Assembly (NCBI GenBank): GCA_030603885.1
Contig: JAUVWW010000002.1
Span: forward strand, 21,991 to 85,990
Source of the DNA: a bacterium
GTDB lineage: Bacteria; Patescibacteriota; JABMPQ01; JAUVWW01
Reading direction: 5' to 3'
Length of the DNA stretch: 64,000 nt
The stretch's first letter is position 1. Every line of letters starts with the position of its first letter. Under the pieces are notes generated by a model. That model did not search any database. It was not told the origin of the DNA and saw only the letters and a list, made by a program, of their open reading frames with translations. Below, piece by piece: positions 48,005-57,717 of the stretch. A program made the translations under genes and the position numbers.

Positions 48005-49837
48005 ATGTGTGGTATTATTGGTTACATTGGAAAAAGAGATGCTACCCCGATTATTGTTGAGGGATTAAGACGTTTAGAATACCGTGGTTATGATTCGGCA
48101 GGTATTTGTGTTGCAGGAAAAAAGGAAATAGACTGTCTTAAAGTTCAGGGAAAGATCAAAGACCTTGAAAAGAAGGTTCGAAAGGCAAGTCTTCTAAGAG
48201 GAAAACTGGCTTTAGGTCATACCCGCTGGGCAACCCATGGAGAACCGTCTGAATTGAATGCTCACCCCCATTGGGATTGTAAAAAGGAGATTATGGTAGT
48301 GCACAATGGCATTGTTGAAAATTATCGATCTTTAAAGAAGAAATTAGAAGCTGAAGGTCATAAATTTATTTCAGAGACTGATACTGAGGTTTTAGCTCAT
48401 TTAATTGAAAAATATTACCAAGGTGATTTAAAAGAAGCAGTGCGTTTGGCTCTTTTGCAGGTAGAAGGTACCTATGGTATTGGGGTTTTGTCTTCTTTGG
48501 AGCCAGATAAAATTATAGCGGCTAGAATGGGAAGTCCTTTGGTTGTTGGGGTGGGCAAGGATGAGTATTTTATTGCCTCAGACGTGTCCCCCTTGCTAGC
48601 CCATACTAAAAAAGTTATTTATCTTGATGATGGAGATATGGTGGTTTTGAGTAAAAAAGGTTACCAGACTCTAGATATAAAGAATCATACAATTAAAAAG
48701 AAAGTTGAAGAAATTTCTTGGACTCAAGATCAGGCAGAAAAATCAGGATTTCCTCATTTTATGTTAAAAGAGATTTTCCAGCAGCCAGAATCGACAAGGA
48801 ATGCGATGCGGGGCCGTCTACTTCTAAAGGAAGCAACGGCTAAGTTAGGCGGTCTTAATATCTCAGAAAAAGAGCTGGATAATATTAAAAAGATCATTAT
48901 TATTGCTTGTGGCACTTCTTATTATGCTGGTTTGATTGGAGAATATCTCTTAGAAGATCTAGCCCGCATTGCCTGTGAAGTGGAATATGCTTCAGAATTT
49001 AGATATAGAAAGCCAGTTTTAGATAAAAATACTCTAGTCATTGCCATTTCTCAATCTGGGGAAACAGCTGATACCCTAGCCGCCGTCAAAGAGGCAAAGA
49101 AAAAGAAAGCCAAAACTTTGGGAATTGTTAATGTGGTAGGTTCAAGCATTGCCCGAGAAGTTTTGGGAGGAGTCTATATTCATGCTGGGCCAGAAATTGG
49201 AGTAGCTTCCACCAAAGCTTTTACTGGACAAGTGACCACCCTAGCTCTATTGGCTATTCTTTTGGGGGGGAGAAGGAAGACTATTTCAGAAGAAAGGGCC
49301 AGAGAACTTACCTCTAGCTTGGATCGTATTCCCCTGCAGATTCAAAATATCCTAGATCAATCAGATAAGATTAAAGAGATTGCCAAGATTTACAAAGATC
49401 ATAAAAATTTCTTGTTTTTGGGTCGAGGTTATAATTTACCAGTGGCTTTGGAAGGGGCTTTAAAATTAAAAGAGATATCCTATATTCATGCTGAGGGTTA
49501 TCCGGCGGCAGAGATGAAACACGGTCCTATTGCTTTAATAGACAAAAACATGCCCGTAGTTTTCATTGCTACTAAAGATGATGTTTATAATAAAGTAATG
49601 TCCAATATTGAAGAGGTTAAGGCAAGAGGAGGAAGAGTTTTAGCTTTAGCTACAGAAGGAGATAAAGAGATTAAAAAGAAAGCCAATCATGTTATTTATC
49701 TACCCAAGACTTTACAAGCTCTAACTCCGCTTTTAGCGGTTGTACCTTTGCAACTTTTGGCTTATTATATTGCCGTTTTAAGAGGCTGTTCGGTCGACCA
49801 GCCGAGGCATTTGGCTAAGTCAGTGACTGTGGAGTAA
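48005..49837 (+). CDS. glmS: Glutamine--fructose-6-phosphate transaminase
   Basis: MCGI, EYRGYDSAG, HTRWATHG, SQSGETADT, AKSVTVE. Confidence 0.97.
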   Translation: MCGIIGYIGKRDATPIIVEGLRRLEYRGYDSAGICVAGKKEIDCLKVQGKIKDLEKKVRKASLLRGKLALGHTRWATHGEPSELNAHPHWDCKKEIMVVHNGIVENYRSLKKKLEAEGHKFISETDTEVLAHLIEKYYQGDLKEAVRLALLQVEGTYGIGVLSSLEPDKIIAARMGSPLVVGVGKDEYFIASDVSPLLAHTKKVIYLDDGDMVVLSKKGYQTLDIKNHTIKKKVEEISWTQDQAEKSGFPHFMLKEIFQQPESTRNAMRGRLLLKEATAKLGGLNISEKELDNIKKIIIIACGTSYYAGLIGEYLLEDLARIACEVEYASEFRYRKPVLDKNTLVIAISQSGETADTLAAVKEAKKKKAKTLGIVNVVGSSIAREVLGGVYIHAGPEIGVASTKAFTGQVTTLALLAILLGGRRKTISEERARELTSSLDRIPLQIQNILDQSDKIKEIAKIYKDHKNFLFLGRGYNLPVALEGALKLKEISYIHAEGYPAAEMKHGPIALIDKNMPVVFIATKDDVYNKVMSNIEEVKARGGRVLALATEGDKEIKKKANHVIYLPKTLQALTPLLAVVPLQLLAYYIAVLRGCSVDQPRHLAKSVTVE

Positions 49838-49889
49838 TTAGGTTTGGCTAATCAAGGATATATTTCTAATACTTATAAATAAAAAGAGA

Positions 49890-50315
49890 ATGAAAATAAG
49901 AAGAATTAAAGAAGAAGATTTCAAAAAAGGATTTTTAGAAACCCTTTCCAATTTAAGTTCAGTTAGTCTAACTTCCAAAAAGGCAGAAAGAATTTACAAA
50001 AAGCAGATTAAAGATAACCCGGTCTATAATATGTTTGTGGCCGAATTAGAAAATGAGGTTGTGGGAGTGATAACTTTATTGATGGAACAGAAATTTATCC
50101 ATTCAGGAGGAAAAGTTGGCCATATAGAAGATGTAGTGGCAAGAAAAGGTTTTCAAGGAAAGGGAATTGGTAGTGCTTTGGTTAAGAGAGCTATAGCCGA
50201 GGCCAAAAAACAAGACTGCTATAAAGTAATTTTAGACTGCAGCCAGGAAAATATTCCCTTTTATAAAAAATTCGGATTTAAGGTAAGGGAGACCGAGATG
50301 AGATTGGACTTGTAG
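49890..50315 (+). CDS. Glucosamine-6-phosphate N-acetyltransferase (GNA1-type GNAT)
   Basis: KGFLETL, EQKFIH..GKVGHIEDVV, CYKVILDC, FYKKFGF; directly after glmS. Confidence 0.85.
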   Translation: MKIRRIKEEDFKKGFLETLSNLSSVSLTSKKAERIYKKQIKDNPVYNMFVAELENEVVGVITLLMEQKFIHSGGKVGHIEDVVARKGFQGKGIGSALVKRAIAEAKKQDCYKVILDCSQENIPFYKKFGFKVRETEMRLDL

Positions 50316-50331
50316 TTTTTAAGCAAACGCT

Positions 50332-51063
50332 ATGGCAAAAATAAGATACGAAGAATTGTTAACTTCTGATTTTAAAAAGATCAGAAATAGAAAACCCATT
50401 ATCTTTCTTCCTTTAGGTACTTTAGAATGGCATAGTGATCATTTGCCTTTGGGTATGGATGCCATGGCAGCCCATGAGATATGTCAAAGATTAGCTAAGA
50501 AAATAGGAGGGATGGTTATTCCACCTCTATATTTTGGAACTGACCGGGCTCACAGAGTAAAAGGTAAGATTTTTTATGGCATGGATCGTAGGGCAGGCTA
50601 TCACTTGCCAGGCAGTATTTATTATCTTAAGCCGAATCTTCTTTATAGATTGCTTTTGAATATTTTTTCGCAGATAGAAAGACAGGATTTTAAGCTTTTA
50701 GTAGTCATTACTGGCCACTATGGTCGTAAACAAATAGAAATTTTAGAAAAAGCAGCAAAAAATTATAAAGGTAAGATAAAGATTTATGCTGCCAATATGC
50801 GCCAGTTATTCAAGAAGACACTTAGCCAAGACCAAACTGGTCATGCTGGAACAGGTGAAACCTCGTTGTTTTTGGCTCTAAGACCCGAACTAGTACATAT
50901 GGAGAAATTAAAAAAAGATTTAAGCAAACCTATTGAAATTCTGAGAGATGATCCGCGAGGTAGAGCCTCAAAGAAATTAGGAAAGAAAATATTAAAATCT
51001 ATTATGAATAAGGTTTCGACTGATATATTAAAAATAACTAAAAAATTTCCATGTTCTACGTAA
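50332..51063 (+). CDS. Creatininase family protein
   Basis: PLGTLEWHSDHLPLGMD, TGHYG, HAGTGETS. Confidence 0.88.
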   Translation: MAKIRYEELLTSDFKKIRNRKPIIFLPLGTLEWHSDHLPLGMDAMAAHEICQRLAKKIGGMVIPPLYFGTDRAHRVKGKIFYGMDRRAGYHLPGSIYYLKPNLLYRLLLNIFSQIERQDFKLLVVITGHYGRKQIEILEKAAKNYKGKIKIYAANMRQLFKKTLSQDQTGHAGTGETSLFLALRPELVHMEKLKKDLSKPIEILRDDPRGRASKKLGKKILKSIMNKVSTDILKITKKFPCST

Positions 51064-51881
51064 TCAAAACCACAGGAAAAAGAGAGCCGTTTCAGCCAGA
51101 GAAAATTGAGAGGACTTGTATTAGAGCTGGAGCATCTAAGGCTTTGGCTAAGAAGATTATTCGAGAAGTAGAAAAGAAGGCTTTTGATGGCATTACCACA
51201 AGAGAGATTTTAAAGCTGACTACTTCACTTTTAGAAAAAGAAGCAGTTCACTTGGCAGCTCGATATAATCTAAAGAAAGCTGTTTTTATGCTTGGTCTAG
51301 CCGGCTATGCCTTTGAGGAATTCATGGCTGAGATTTTTAAAGCTCATGGCTATAAAGTCGAAGTTTCTCAGATGATTTCTGGAGCTTGTGTTGATCATGA
51401 AATAGACATTGTAGCTGAAAAAGGAGGAAAGAGATATATGGTGGAATGTAAATATCATTGGCATCCAGGTGTTTTTACTGGACTCAAAGAAGCCATGTAT
51501 ACTCAAGCTAGATTTGAAGATATTCAAGAAGGACATAAGCTAGGCAAATGTCAGAAATTTGATCAACCTTACTTGATAAACAATTTTTTGTTTTCCTCAC
51601 ATGCTATTCAATATGCTCGATGCAAAAAAATGAAACTTTTGGGTTGGGCTTATCCGCCAGATAAGGGCATTGAGATATTAATTGAGGATAAGAGGTTATA
51701 TCCCATAACTATTCTAAGAGGCATAGATACTTATACTCGAAGAAGGCTGACTGTAGCTGGGTTGATGATGTGTAAGGATTTAGTGGAAATGGATCTAGCC
51801 AAGCTTAAGCAGTTTACTGGTCTAGATGTTCCCAGGCTAAAGAAACTAGTTGCTCAGGTAAAGAGGATTTTGCATGATTGA
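51051..51881 (+). CDS. ATP-cone domain fused to an Mrr-like restriction endonuclease domain
   Basis: VIKTTGKREPF..EKI, GYAFEE, HEIDIVA..MVECKYH. Confidence 0.8.
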   Translation: MFYVIKTTGKREPFQPEKIERTCIRAGASKALAKKIIREVEKKAFDGITTREILKLTTSLLEKEAVHLAARYNLKKAVFMLGLAGYAFEEFMAEIFKAHGYKVEVSQMISGACVDHEIDIVAEKGGKRYMVECKYHWHPGVFTGLKEAMYTQARFEDIQEGHKLGKCQKFDQPYLINNFLFSSHAIQYARCKKMKLLGWAYPPDKGIEILIEDKRLYPITILRGIDTYTRRRLTVAGLMMCKDLVEMDLAKLKQFTGLDVPRLKKLVAQVKRILHD

Positions 51882-51928
51882 GTAGCTGATAACTGGCAAT
51901 GAGATATTAAAAATAAAAAGGAGGCCGT

Positions 51929-52303
51929 ATGAAAAAGGATAATCTTGCTTGGATGGGCCCTGTTGTGGCAGTAGTGGTGTTGTCGTTGGTCTTCATTTTT
52001 TCTGTTCTTGTTGTTTGTCAGAAAATGGAAAAAATGGCTAAGCACCTGGTCTATGTTGTCGAAGTTGAAAAGGGAGATCTTCTTTCAGAAAATGAGGCTC
52101 TAAAAGAACAAGTGGCAGGGCTTAAAGAACTGAAAAAAGAAAAACCAGAAAAGGTAAAGTCATCTAGTCCCTGGGTAACCGTTCTAACCATTTTTTCAAT
52201 TGTTATTGTTGTTTTGCTTATCTATGGTGTGATAGTCACTGATAAAAAACAACAGCTACAAGGGGAAATAAACACGATACGCGAAAAGTACAGAACACCC
52301 TAA
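51929..52303 (+). CDS. Hypothetical membrane protein with coiled coil
   Basis: AGGAGG RBS; two TM segments. Confidence 0.65.
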   Translation: MKKDNLAWMGPVVAVVVLSLVFIFSVLVVCQKMEKMAKHLVYVVEVEKGDLLSENEALKEQVAGLKELKKEKPEKVKSSSPWVTVLTIFSIVIVVLLIYGVIVTDKKQQLQGEINTIREKYRTP

Positions 52304-52321
52304 GATGCAAATTTAACCCTA

Positions 52322-52351
52322 AAAGCCGGTGCTCCACCGGCTTTATTTTTT
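52322..52351 (+). terminator. Rho-independent terminator
   Basis: AAAGCCGGTG / CACCGGCTTT stem plus T-run. Confidence 0.75.
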
Positions 52352-52373
52352 GATTACTTATTATAGTCAAAAT

Positions 52374-52670
52374 AAAAAAAGGACTTTCAGAGAAAGCCCC
52401 ATCAAAGAACAAAATCTATTTTTAGGGTTAGTAAGGTGTAAAGAGTTTTGAGACGAAAGGAGGTGAAAAGGTGAGATCGCCCCACCTCCTGTTTGACCTT
52501 ACTAACCCTTTTTTCTTTTCCCCAGGAACTTCTTGCCCTCCTTGATTTTCTTCTGGGGACCCCTCAGACAAAACAAAATCTCTCATATTCCCAATATCTT
52601 CTTTAAAAAAGGTCTAAGGGGCCCCTCTATATGAAGGATGTGAAATGAGTTGGGGGTCAAAACCCACCAA
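52374..52670 (-). ncRNA. Candidate structured RNA (about 300 nt) or small-ORF mRNA
   Basis: TTGACA-16-TATACT promoter (52705-52678); 14-bp perfect stem AGGGTTAGTAAGGT/ACCTTACTAACCCT and further stems; terminator GGGCTTTC/GAAAGTCC plus T7. Confidence 0.5.
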
Positions 52671-52810
52671 CGATTTTAGTATATACCCATTAAAAAATAT
52701 GTCAAGTTAAGCTTGCAAAAAAGAGTGTTTTATTTTAGTGCAACTGTAACTTGACAAGAATAAATACTTTTTGTAAGATGTATTGTTCAGAATTTTATAA
52801 AGGAGGTTTT

Positions 52811-53095
52811 ATGAAAAAGTTGATTTTACCTAGGGAATTACTCTTGGGAGATATAATATATTTGACACTTGCAGATACTATCTGGCTTAGGCAAGGTGAT
52901 AAAGATACCCATTGTCTTGACCATTACTATGAAGAAGATTTTTCTGACTTTGCAAGATTTGTAGCCCAGACCCACAAATTCGGTATAAAGGAAATAGAGA
53001 CTCCCGGGGCAGAGGAAGCTTATCAGTTTGTGCAAATGGAGGAAGAAGAGGACGAAACTAAGGCTAAGGCAGAGGCTGAAGCTACTTTAGTATAA
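52811..53095 (+). CDS. Hypothetical acidic protein
   Basis: AGGAGG RBS before ATG at 52811; terminator AGGAGTCAC/GTGGCTCCT follows. Confidence 0.65.
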   Translation: MKKLILPRELLLGDIIYLTLADTIWLRQGDKDTHCLDHYYEEDFSDFARFVAQTHKFGIKEIETPGAEEAYQFVQMEEEEDETKAKAEAEATLV

Positions 53096-53222
53096 AAACG
53101 GATTATAGGTTTAGGAGTCACATACCAAGTGGCTCCTTTTTAAATCCCACCAATACATGGTGAGGGTTGGAATGAGACACCTTAAAGTGTTATCTTAAAA
53201 TAAGAGCTGTGGGTAACTTTCC

Positions 53223-53260
53223 TTGACTTGTATATACAAATTGCATACAATTATATGCAA
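53223..53260 (+). promoter_or_regulatory. Promoter overlapped by two palindromes (probable autorepression operator)
   Basis: TTGACT-17-TACAAT; TTGTATATACAA (53228-53239) and TTGCATA..TATGCAA (53241-53260). Confidence 0.65.
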
Positions 53261-53267
53261 AAGATAT

Positions 53268-53843
53268 ATGAAAATCCTCTTGTCTAAAAATAAAGCCTTA
53301 CTTCTTAGACTATTTTTTACTCATCCCGGACGAGCTTATTATATTCAGGAAATTGGTCGTATTTTAAAGAAAAAACCTGGTGTTTTTCAGCGTGATTTAA
53401 ATAACCTAGCCAAAGAGGGAATTCTTGAGAGTTTTTATAAAGTCAATGCTCGATATTTTAAAATTAATAAAGAATATCCTCTTTATAAACAATTGAAAGA
53501 GATTATTTCTAAAACAATAGGGATAGAGGGAAGTCTAAAAGAGGCACTTTCTAAGATAGAAGGTATTGAGAGTGCTTTTATTTTTGGATCCTATGCTAAA
53601 GGAGAAGAAAGAGCCATCTCAGATATTGATCTATTTATTATTGGTCATCCAGACGAAAATAAAGTTATTGAAAGTATAAGTAAACTAGAAAAGAAACTGG
53701 ATCGGGAAATCAATTATCATATTTATTCTGAAAAAGATCTAGAAAAAAAGATAAAAGAAAAAGATTCTTTTATAAAAAGAGTGCTTAAGGGACCAAAGAT
53801 AATGTTAATTGGAAAAGAAGATGAATTATCAAGATTTAATTGA
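53268..53843 (+). CDS. HTH plus minimal nucleotidyltransferase (MNT antitoxin-like)
   Basis: N-terminal wHTH (YIQEIGRIL..VFQRDLNNL); FIFGSYAKG..SDIDLFII; REIN. Confidence 0.88.
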   Translation: MKILLSKNKALLLRLFFTHPGRAYYIQEIGRILKKKPGVFQRDLNNLAKEGILESFYKVNARYFKINKEYPLYKQLKEIISKTIGIEGSLKEALSKIEGIESAFIFGSYAKGEERAISDIDLFIIGHPDENKVIESISKLEKKLDREINYHIYSEKDLEKKIKEKDSFIKRVLKGPKIMLIGKEDELSRFN

Positions 53844-53865
53844 GAAAAAATTCAGAAAGTTTTAG
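53821..53865 (+). pseudogene. Truncated 5' stub of the partner (probably HEPN) gene, cut at the array motif
   Basis: Overlapping ATG: MNYQDLIEK then KFRKF*; the junction coincides with ATTTAATTGAGAAA. Confidence 0.45.
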
Positions 53866-53912
53866 ATAAAGTGAATAATTTATTAAAATGAATTTTGTAT
53901 AGGTTTGTTTCT

Positions 53913-54836
53913 ATGAATACTAAAATAAATACAATCTATAAATCAATAATAAGTAATAAATTTAAAACAAAAATAATTAGAAAAAGGAATAGTAAACATG
54001 TGTTTGTTAATGCTGACTGCGAAGAGGTAATGAAGACTATTCCAGATAATAGTATTGATTTGATTATTACTGATCCACCCTATAATAAGTCTTTAGACTA
54101 TGGAAAGAGATTTAACGATCGGAAAACTAAAGAAGAATACTATAATTGGCTGAGGGCTAAATTAGTTGAGATACCGAGGATACTCAGCCCACGTGGAAGT
54201 CTTTATTTAATAGGTTACCCAGAAAAAAATGCTCGTCTTCTTCCATATTTAGAAGATGAACTAAAGTTGAAGTTTTGCAGATGGATTACTTGGCACTATC
54301 CTACTAATATTGGTCATTCAAGAAGAAATTTTACCCGTAGTCAAAGGTCTATACTTTTTTTTAGTAAAACTAATCGATATATTTTTAATCGGAAAAATTT
54401 AATCCAATCTTATAAAAATCCTACCGCAACAGTGATTCGCAAAAGATTAGCTAAGGGATATAGAGGAAGAACATCCTATGACTTATTACGATTTCTTGAT
54501 CTCATAGAACTACAGAAGGGATTAATTAATGTATTAGATATTAATCTTTTAAAAAATAATTCGAGGGACCGACTAAGAAATTTAAATAAAAAATTCCACC
54601 CACTTTCTAAAAAGGAATTAAAGAAAAAGGATCATCCTTGTCAATTACCACCAGCTTTAATAGAAATATTAATTAAGGTTAGTAGTAATAAAAATTATAT
54701 TGTCCTAGACCCGTTTGCAGGAACTTTTACTACTTCTGCTGCTGCCGAAAGATTAAAAAGAAATTCAGTAGGCGTTGAAATAAATAAGAAATTTTTAAAT
54801 TTCGGATTAAAAAGATTAAAAAATGAGAAAGTATAA
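53913..54836 (+). CDS. Site-specific DNA methyltransferase (beta-class N4/N6)
   Basis: ITDPPYN precedes HPCQLP and VLDPFAGTFTT. Confidence 0.92.
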   Translation: MNTKINTIYKSIISNKFKTKIIRKRNSKHVFVNADCEEVMKTIPDNSIDLIITDPPYNKSLDYGKRFNDRKTKEEYYNWLRAKLVEIPRILSPRGSLYLIGYPEKNARLLPYLEDELKLKFCRWITWHYPTNIGHSRRNFTRSQRSILFFSKTNRYIFNRKNLIQSYKNPTATVIRKRLAKGYRGRTSYDLLRFLDLIELQKGLINVLDINLLKNNSRDRLRNLNKKFHPLSKKELKKKDHPCQLPPALIEILIKVSSNKNYIVLDPFAGTFTTSAAAERLKRNSVGVEINKKFLNFGLKRLKNEKV

Positions 54837-56562
54837 AATATCAGACCTAAAAGAAATATTTGAATTTGCTGGATTTTCAACATTTCACATAGAATTTCTT
54901 CTTTTTGACATTGTCAATAAGGAAAAACTATCCTATAAGGGCAAAAGAAAGAAAAAAGTGGCGACGGAGGGAGAATTAGATTTATTTGCATATTATGGGG
55001 ACGTAATATGGTTAATTGAATGGACAACAGAAAAAGGATTTAATACAAAAGACTTTGATAATTTTAAAACTAAAATAGAAAAATTAAATAGTGACAGAGA
55101 ACTACTTCGAAAATTAATTAATAAGCTAGAAGGAAAATTTAAAACAAAAATAGGATTAAACGCAGAAGAAGTAAAAGTGATTGGTCTTTATGTTAACCCC
55201 ACTTTTAATGAGGTTCAGGCGGAAACTCTTAAGGCAAGATTATTATCTACCCATAAGGATTTGATATATTTATGGGACTGTGAAACATTTGAATATTTTA
55301 AAATTGTATGTACTACCATTAGGGAATTTTCTAAATATGAACTTTTTACTCATTTTAATATTCTTCCAGAACTTGTATTTAATAAAATAGAACTAGAAGG
55401 AAGAAGGGGAGCTTCTCCTTACGAGGCTATTAAAATAAAAAAAGGTGTTTTTGGGTATCCCACCTATACCTTTAAAATATCACCTTTAATGCTTTTAGAA
55501 AGATGTTATGTGCTTAGGAATGAGAGTTGGAGAAGCGATAGTTTTCAAAGAATGGTTATTCCGCAAAAATTAGCCAATATAAGAGAGTATATAATCAAAA
55601 CTAAGAATACGTCGTTTGCAAACAACATTATTATTAGCCCTTCACCGGAAATTAATCCAAATGAGATAATTGAGGAAACAAAGAATGGAAAAATTCTAAT
55701 TCACTTACCATTTAGATTTAGTAGTTTTTGCATAATTGATGGACAACATAGATTATTAGCTTTTACTCAAGATTTTTATAGTAATTATAATAAAGAAGAA
55801 AAAGAAGAAGACAAAATATTAACAAGGCTGGCGCAAAAATCTGAAATTATAGTAACTCTTGTTAAGTTTTCTGGAAATAGAGATGAAATTTTACGGAAAC
55901 AAGCTATTCTTTTTAAGGATATAAACTCTACACAAACAAGAGTCAAAACCGATTTTATTTACAATTTACAAGAAATTATCGAACCCCTTCATTCAGAGTC
56001 TATTGCGAATAAGACAACAAAATATTTGAATAATTTAGAAGATGGAGTATTAAAAGATAAATTTGAGATAAAGTCCTTACCTTCTTATAAAGGAAGAATA
56101 AAAAGATCCTCTGTTGTTAGATGGGGGTTAAGTGAATTAGTAAATACAGAAAATACATTCTTCTTTTCAATTTATAAAAAGAAAGTGAGAAACTCTAAAG
56201 ATATTCCTATTTATGTTAAATTTTGTGGTGATAAATTAAATAAATATTTCTTTTGTATAAAAGAAGTATTTGAAAAAAAATACAAAAAAGAAATATGGGA
56301 TAATTGGAGAAAAACTGATTTCATGCTGTTATCTTCATCTAGTATTGTTGGTTTTCTCAGATTATACAGGCATTTTATTAAAACCAAATTAGTAAATGAT
56401 AAAAGTAAAATAAAAAGATATTTGAAAGCTATTAAAGTAAACTTCAAGAAAGATAAATATATCTATACTTCCAGCCAATGGGCAAAACTTGAAGAAAAAA
56501 TGTTTTGGAACATAAGGAAAAAATACTCTGATTTTGGAGATGAAGATTTAATAAAAAGATAA
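54823..56562 (+). CDS. DGQHR (DndB-like) domain protein with putative N-terminal nuclease-like domain
   Basis: FQRMV, FANNII, IIDGQHRL, LFKDINSTQT; N-terminal GELDLFA..WLIEWT. Confidence 0.85.
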   Translation: MRKYKISDLKEIFEFAGFSTFHIEFLLFDIVNKEKLSYKGKRKKKVATEGELDLFAYYGDVIWLIEWTTEKGFNTKDFDNFKTKIEKLNSDRELLRKLINKLEGKFKTKIGLNAEEVKVIGLYVNPTFNEVQAETLKARLLSTHKDLIYLWDCETFEYFKIVCTTIREFSKYELFTHFNILPELVFNKIELEGRRGASPYEAIKIKKGVFGYPTYTFKISPLMLLERCYVLRNESWRSDSFQRMVIPQKLANIREYIIKTKNTSFANNIIISPSPEINPNEIIEETKNGKILIHLPFRFSSFCIIDGQHRLLAFTQDFYSNYNKEEKEEDKILTRLAQKSEIIVTLVKFSGNRDEILRKQAILFKDINSTQTRVKTDFIYNLQEIIEPLHSESIANKTTKYLNNLEDGVLKDKFEIKSLPSYKGRIKRSSVVRWGLSELVNTENTFFFSIYKKKVRNSKDIPIYVKFCGDKLNKYFFCIKEVFEKKYKKEIWDNWRKTDFMLLSSSSIVGFLRLYRHFIKTKLVNDKSKIKRYLKAIKVNFKKDKYIYTSSQWAKLEEKMFWNIRKKYSDFGDEDLIKR

Positions 56563-56628
56563 GGTCATGAAATAGTTCTAAATTGATCTAACAAAAGACT
56601 AGAAAATTTAATTGAGTAAATAAAATTT

Positions 56629-57606
56629 ATGGCAAAAATAATTCAAGAGCAAAAAATTTATGAGTCTTTTGAATATGATAGCGAATCGGAATTTGAGAAA
56701 GATATTATAAGATATGCAAAACATATATTTGGTAGTAATGCAGTTTATTTCGACGTCAAAAAAAGAATTAGTAAAGGAAGTGTCATTACTATACCCGATG
56801 GTTATTTAATTGATTTTTCTTTTGCGCATGATCCGAAGTTATACATTATAGAAAACGAGTTAGTAATACACGATCCCTATAAACATATCGGGCAGCAATT
56901 ATTAAGATTCGCAGTTTCTTATAGAAGTGCCGGTCACGAAATTAAAAATTTTTTACTGGAAAAAATTTCAGAGGATGGAGATAAAAAGAAAAATTTAGAT
57001 AGATACCTACAACAGTCTAAATATAGAAACATCGATGACTTATTAGAAGATATTATTTTTAATAAGCCTATTGGAATTATAGTGATAATTGACGAAATCA
57101 CCGATGACCTTTCCAATGTTCTTAGTCAATTAACTGTAAAAACTGATATTATTGAATTTAAAAAATATATTAGCCAAGGTGATCCTTTGGATAGTATTTA
57201 CCAATTTACCCCCTTTCAACAAGACGTTAGAGCTCCAGGCAAAAAAATTGATTTAGAAAAACTCGATACGATAGTAGTTCCTGCCAATGAAGAAGGCTTT
57301 AAAAATGTGTTTTTAGGCAAGAATTGCTGGTATGCTATAAGAATTTCAAGTGTGATGTTAGACAAAATTAAGTATATAGCGGGTTATCAAACAGCCCCTG
57401 TCTCTGCTATTACTCATGTTGCTGAAGTAGAAAAAATAGAAAAATACAAAAATACAGATAAATATATAGTTTACTTTAGGGATAAAGCAAAAAAGATTAA
57501 ACCGATAAAACTTGTTTCGAAAAGTCTAATAAAAGCACCTCAGTCAGCAAGATATGCTAATTATGAACAGTTGATAAAAGCAAAGAATCTTGATGAGGTT
57601 TTTTAG
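56629..57606 (+). CDS. PD-(D/E)XK nuclease fused to a putative PUA/EVE-like reader domain
   Basis: ESEFE, IPDGYLID, IIENEL..H, QLLRF; C-terminal DTIVVPA.EEGF..CWYAIRI..YQTAPVSAITH. Confidence 0.65.
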   Translation: MAKIIQEQKIYESFEYDSESEFEKDIIRYAKHIFGSNAVYFDVKKRISKGSVITIPDGYLIDFSFAHDPKLYIIENELVIHDPYKHIGQQLLRFAVSYRSAGHEIKNFLLEKISEDGDKKKNLDRYLQQSKYRNIDDLLEDIIFNKPIGIIVIIDEITDDLSNVLSQLTVKTDIIEFKKYISQGDPLDSIYQFTPFQQDVRAPGKKIDLEKLDTIVVPANEEGFKNVFLGKNCWYAIRISSVMLDKIKYIAGYQTAPVSAITHVAEVEKIEKYKNTDKYIVYFRDKAKKIKPIKLVSKSLIKAPQSARYANYEQLIKAKNLDEVF

Positions 57607-57630
57607 TGTCAAACGGAATTAAGGCCGAAT

Positions 57631-57684
57631 ATGAATAAAGAAAAACAACTGCAAAAACTAGAAAATTTAATTGAGAAAAATTAA
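57631..57684 (+). pseudogene. Truncated gene 5' stub fused in frame to the array motif
   Basis: MNKEKQLQK then LENLIEKN*. Confidence 0.4.
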
Positions 57685-57717
57685 TAGATAAAATTTAGAG
57701 ACAATTGCTTAATAATT

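Noticed and set aside
52374-52670. RNase P RNA
   Set aside because: GAAAGTCC occurs only in the terminal hairpin, and the conserved 5' GAGGAAAGTC / 3' P4 partner arrangement is not present.
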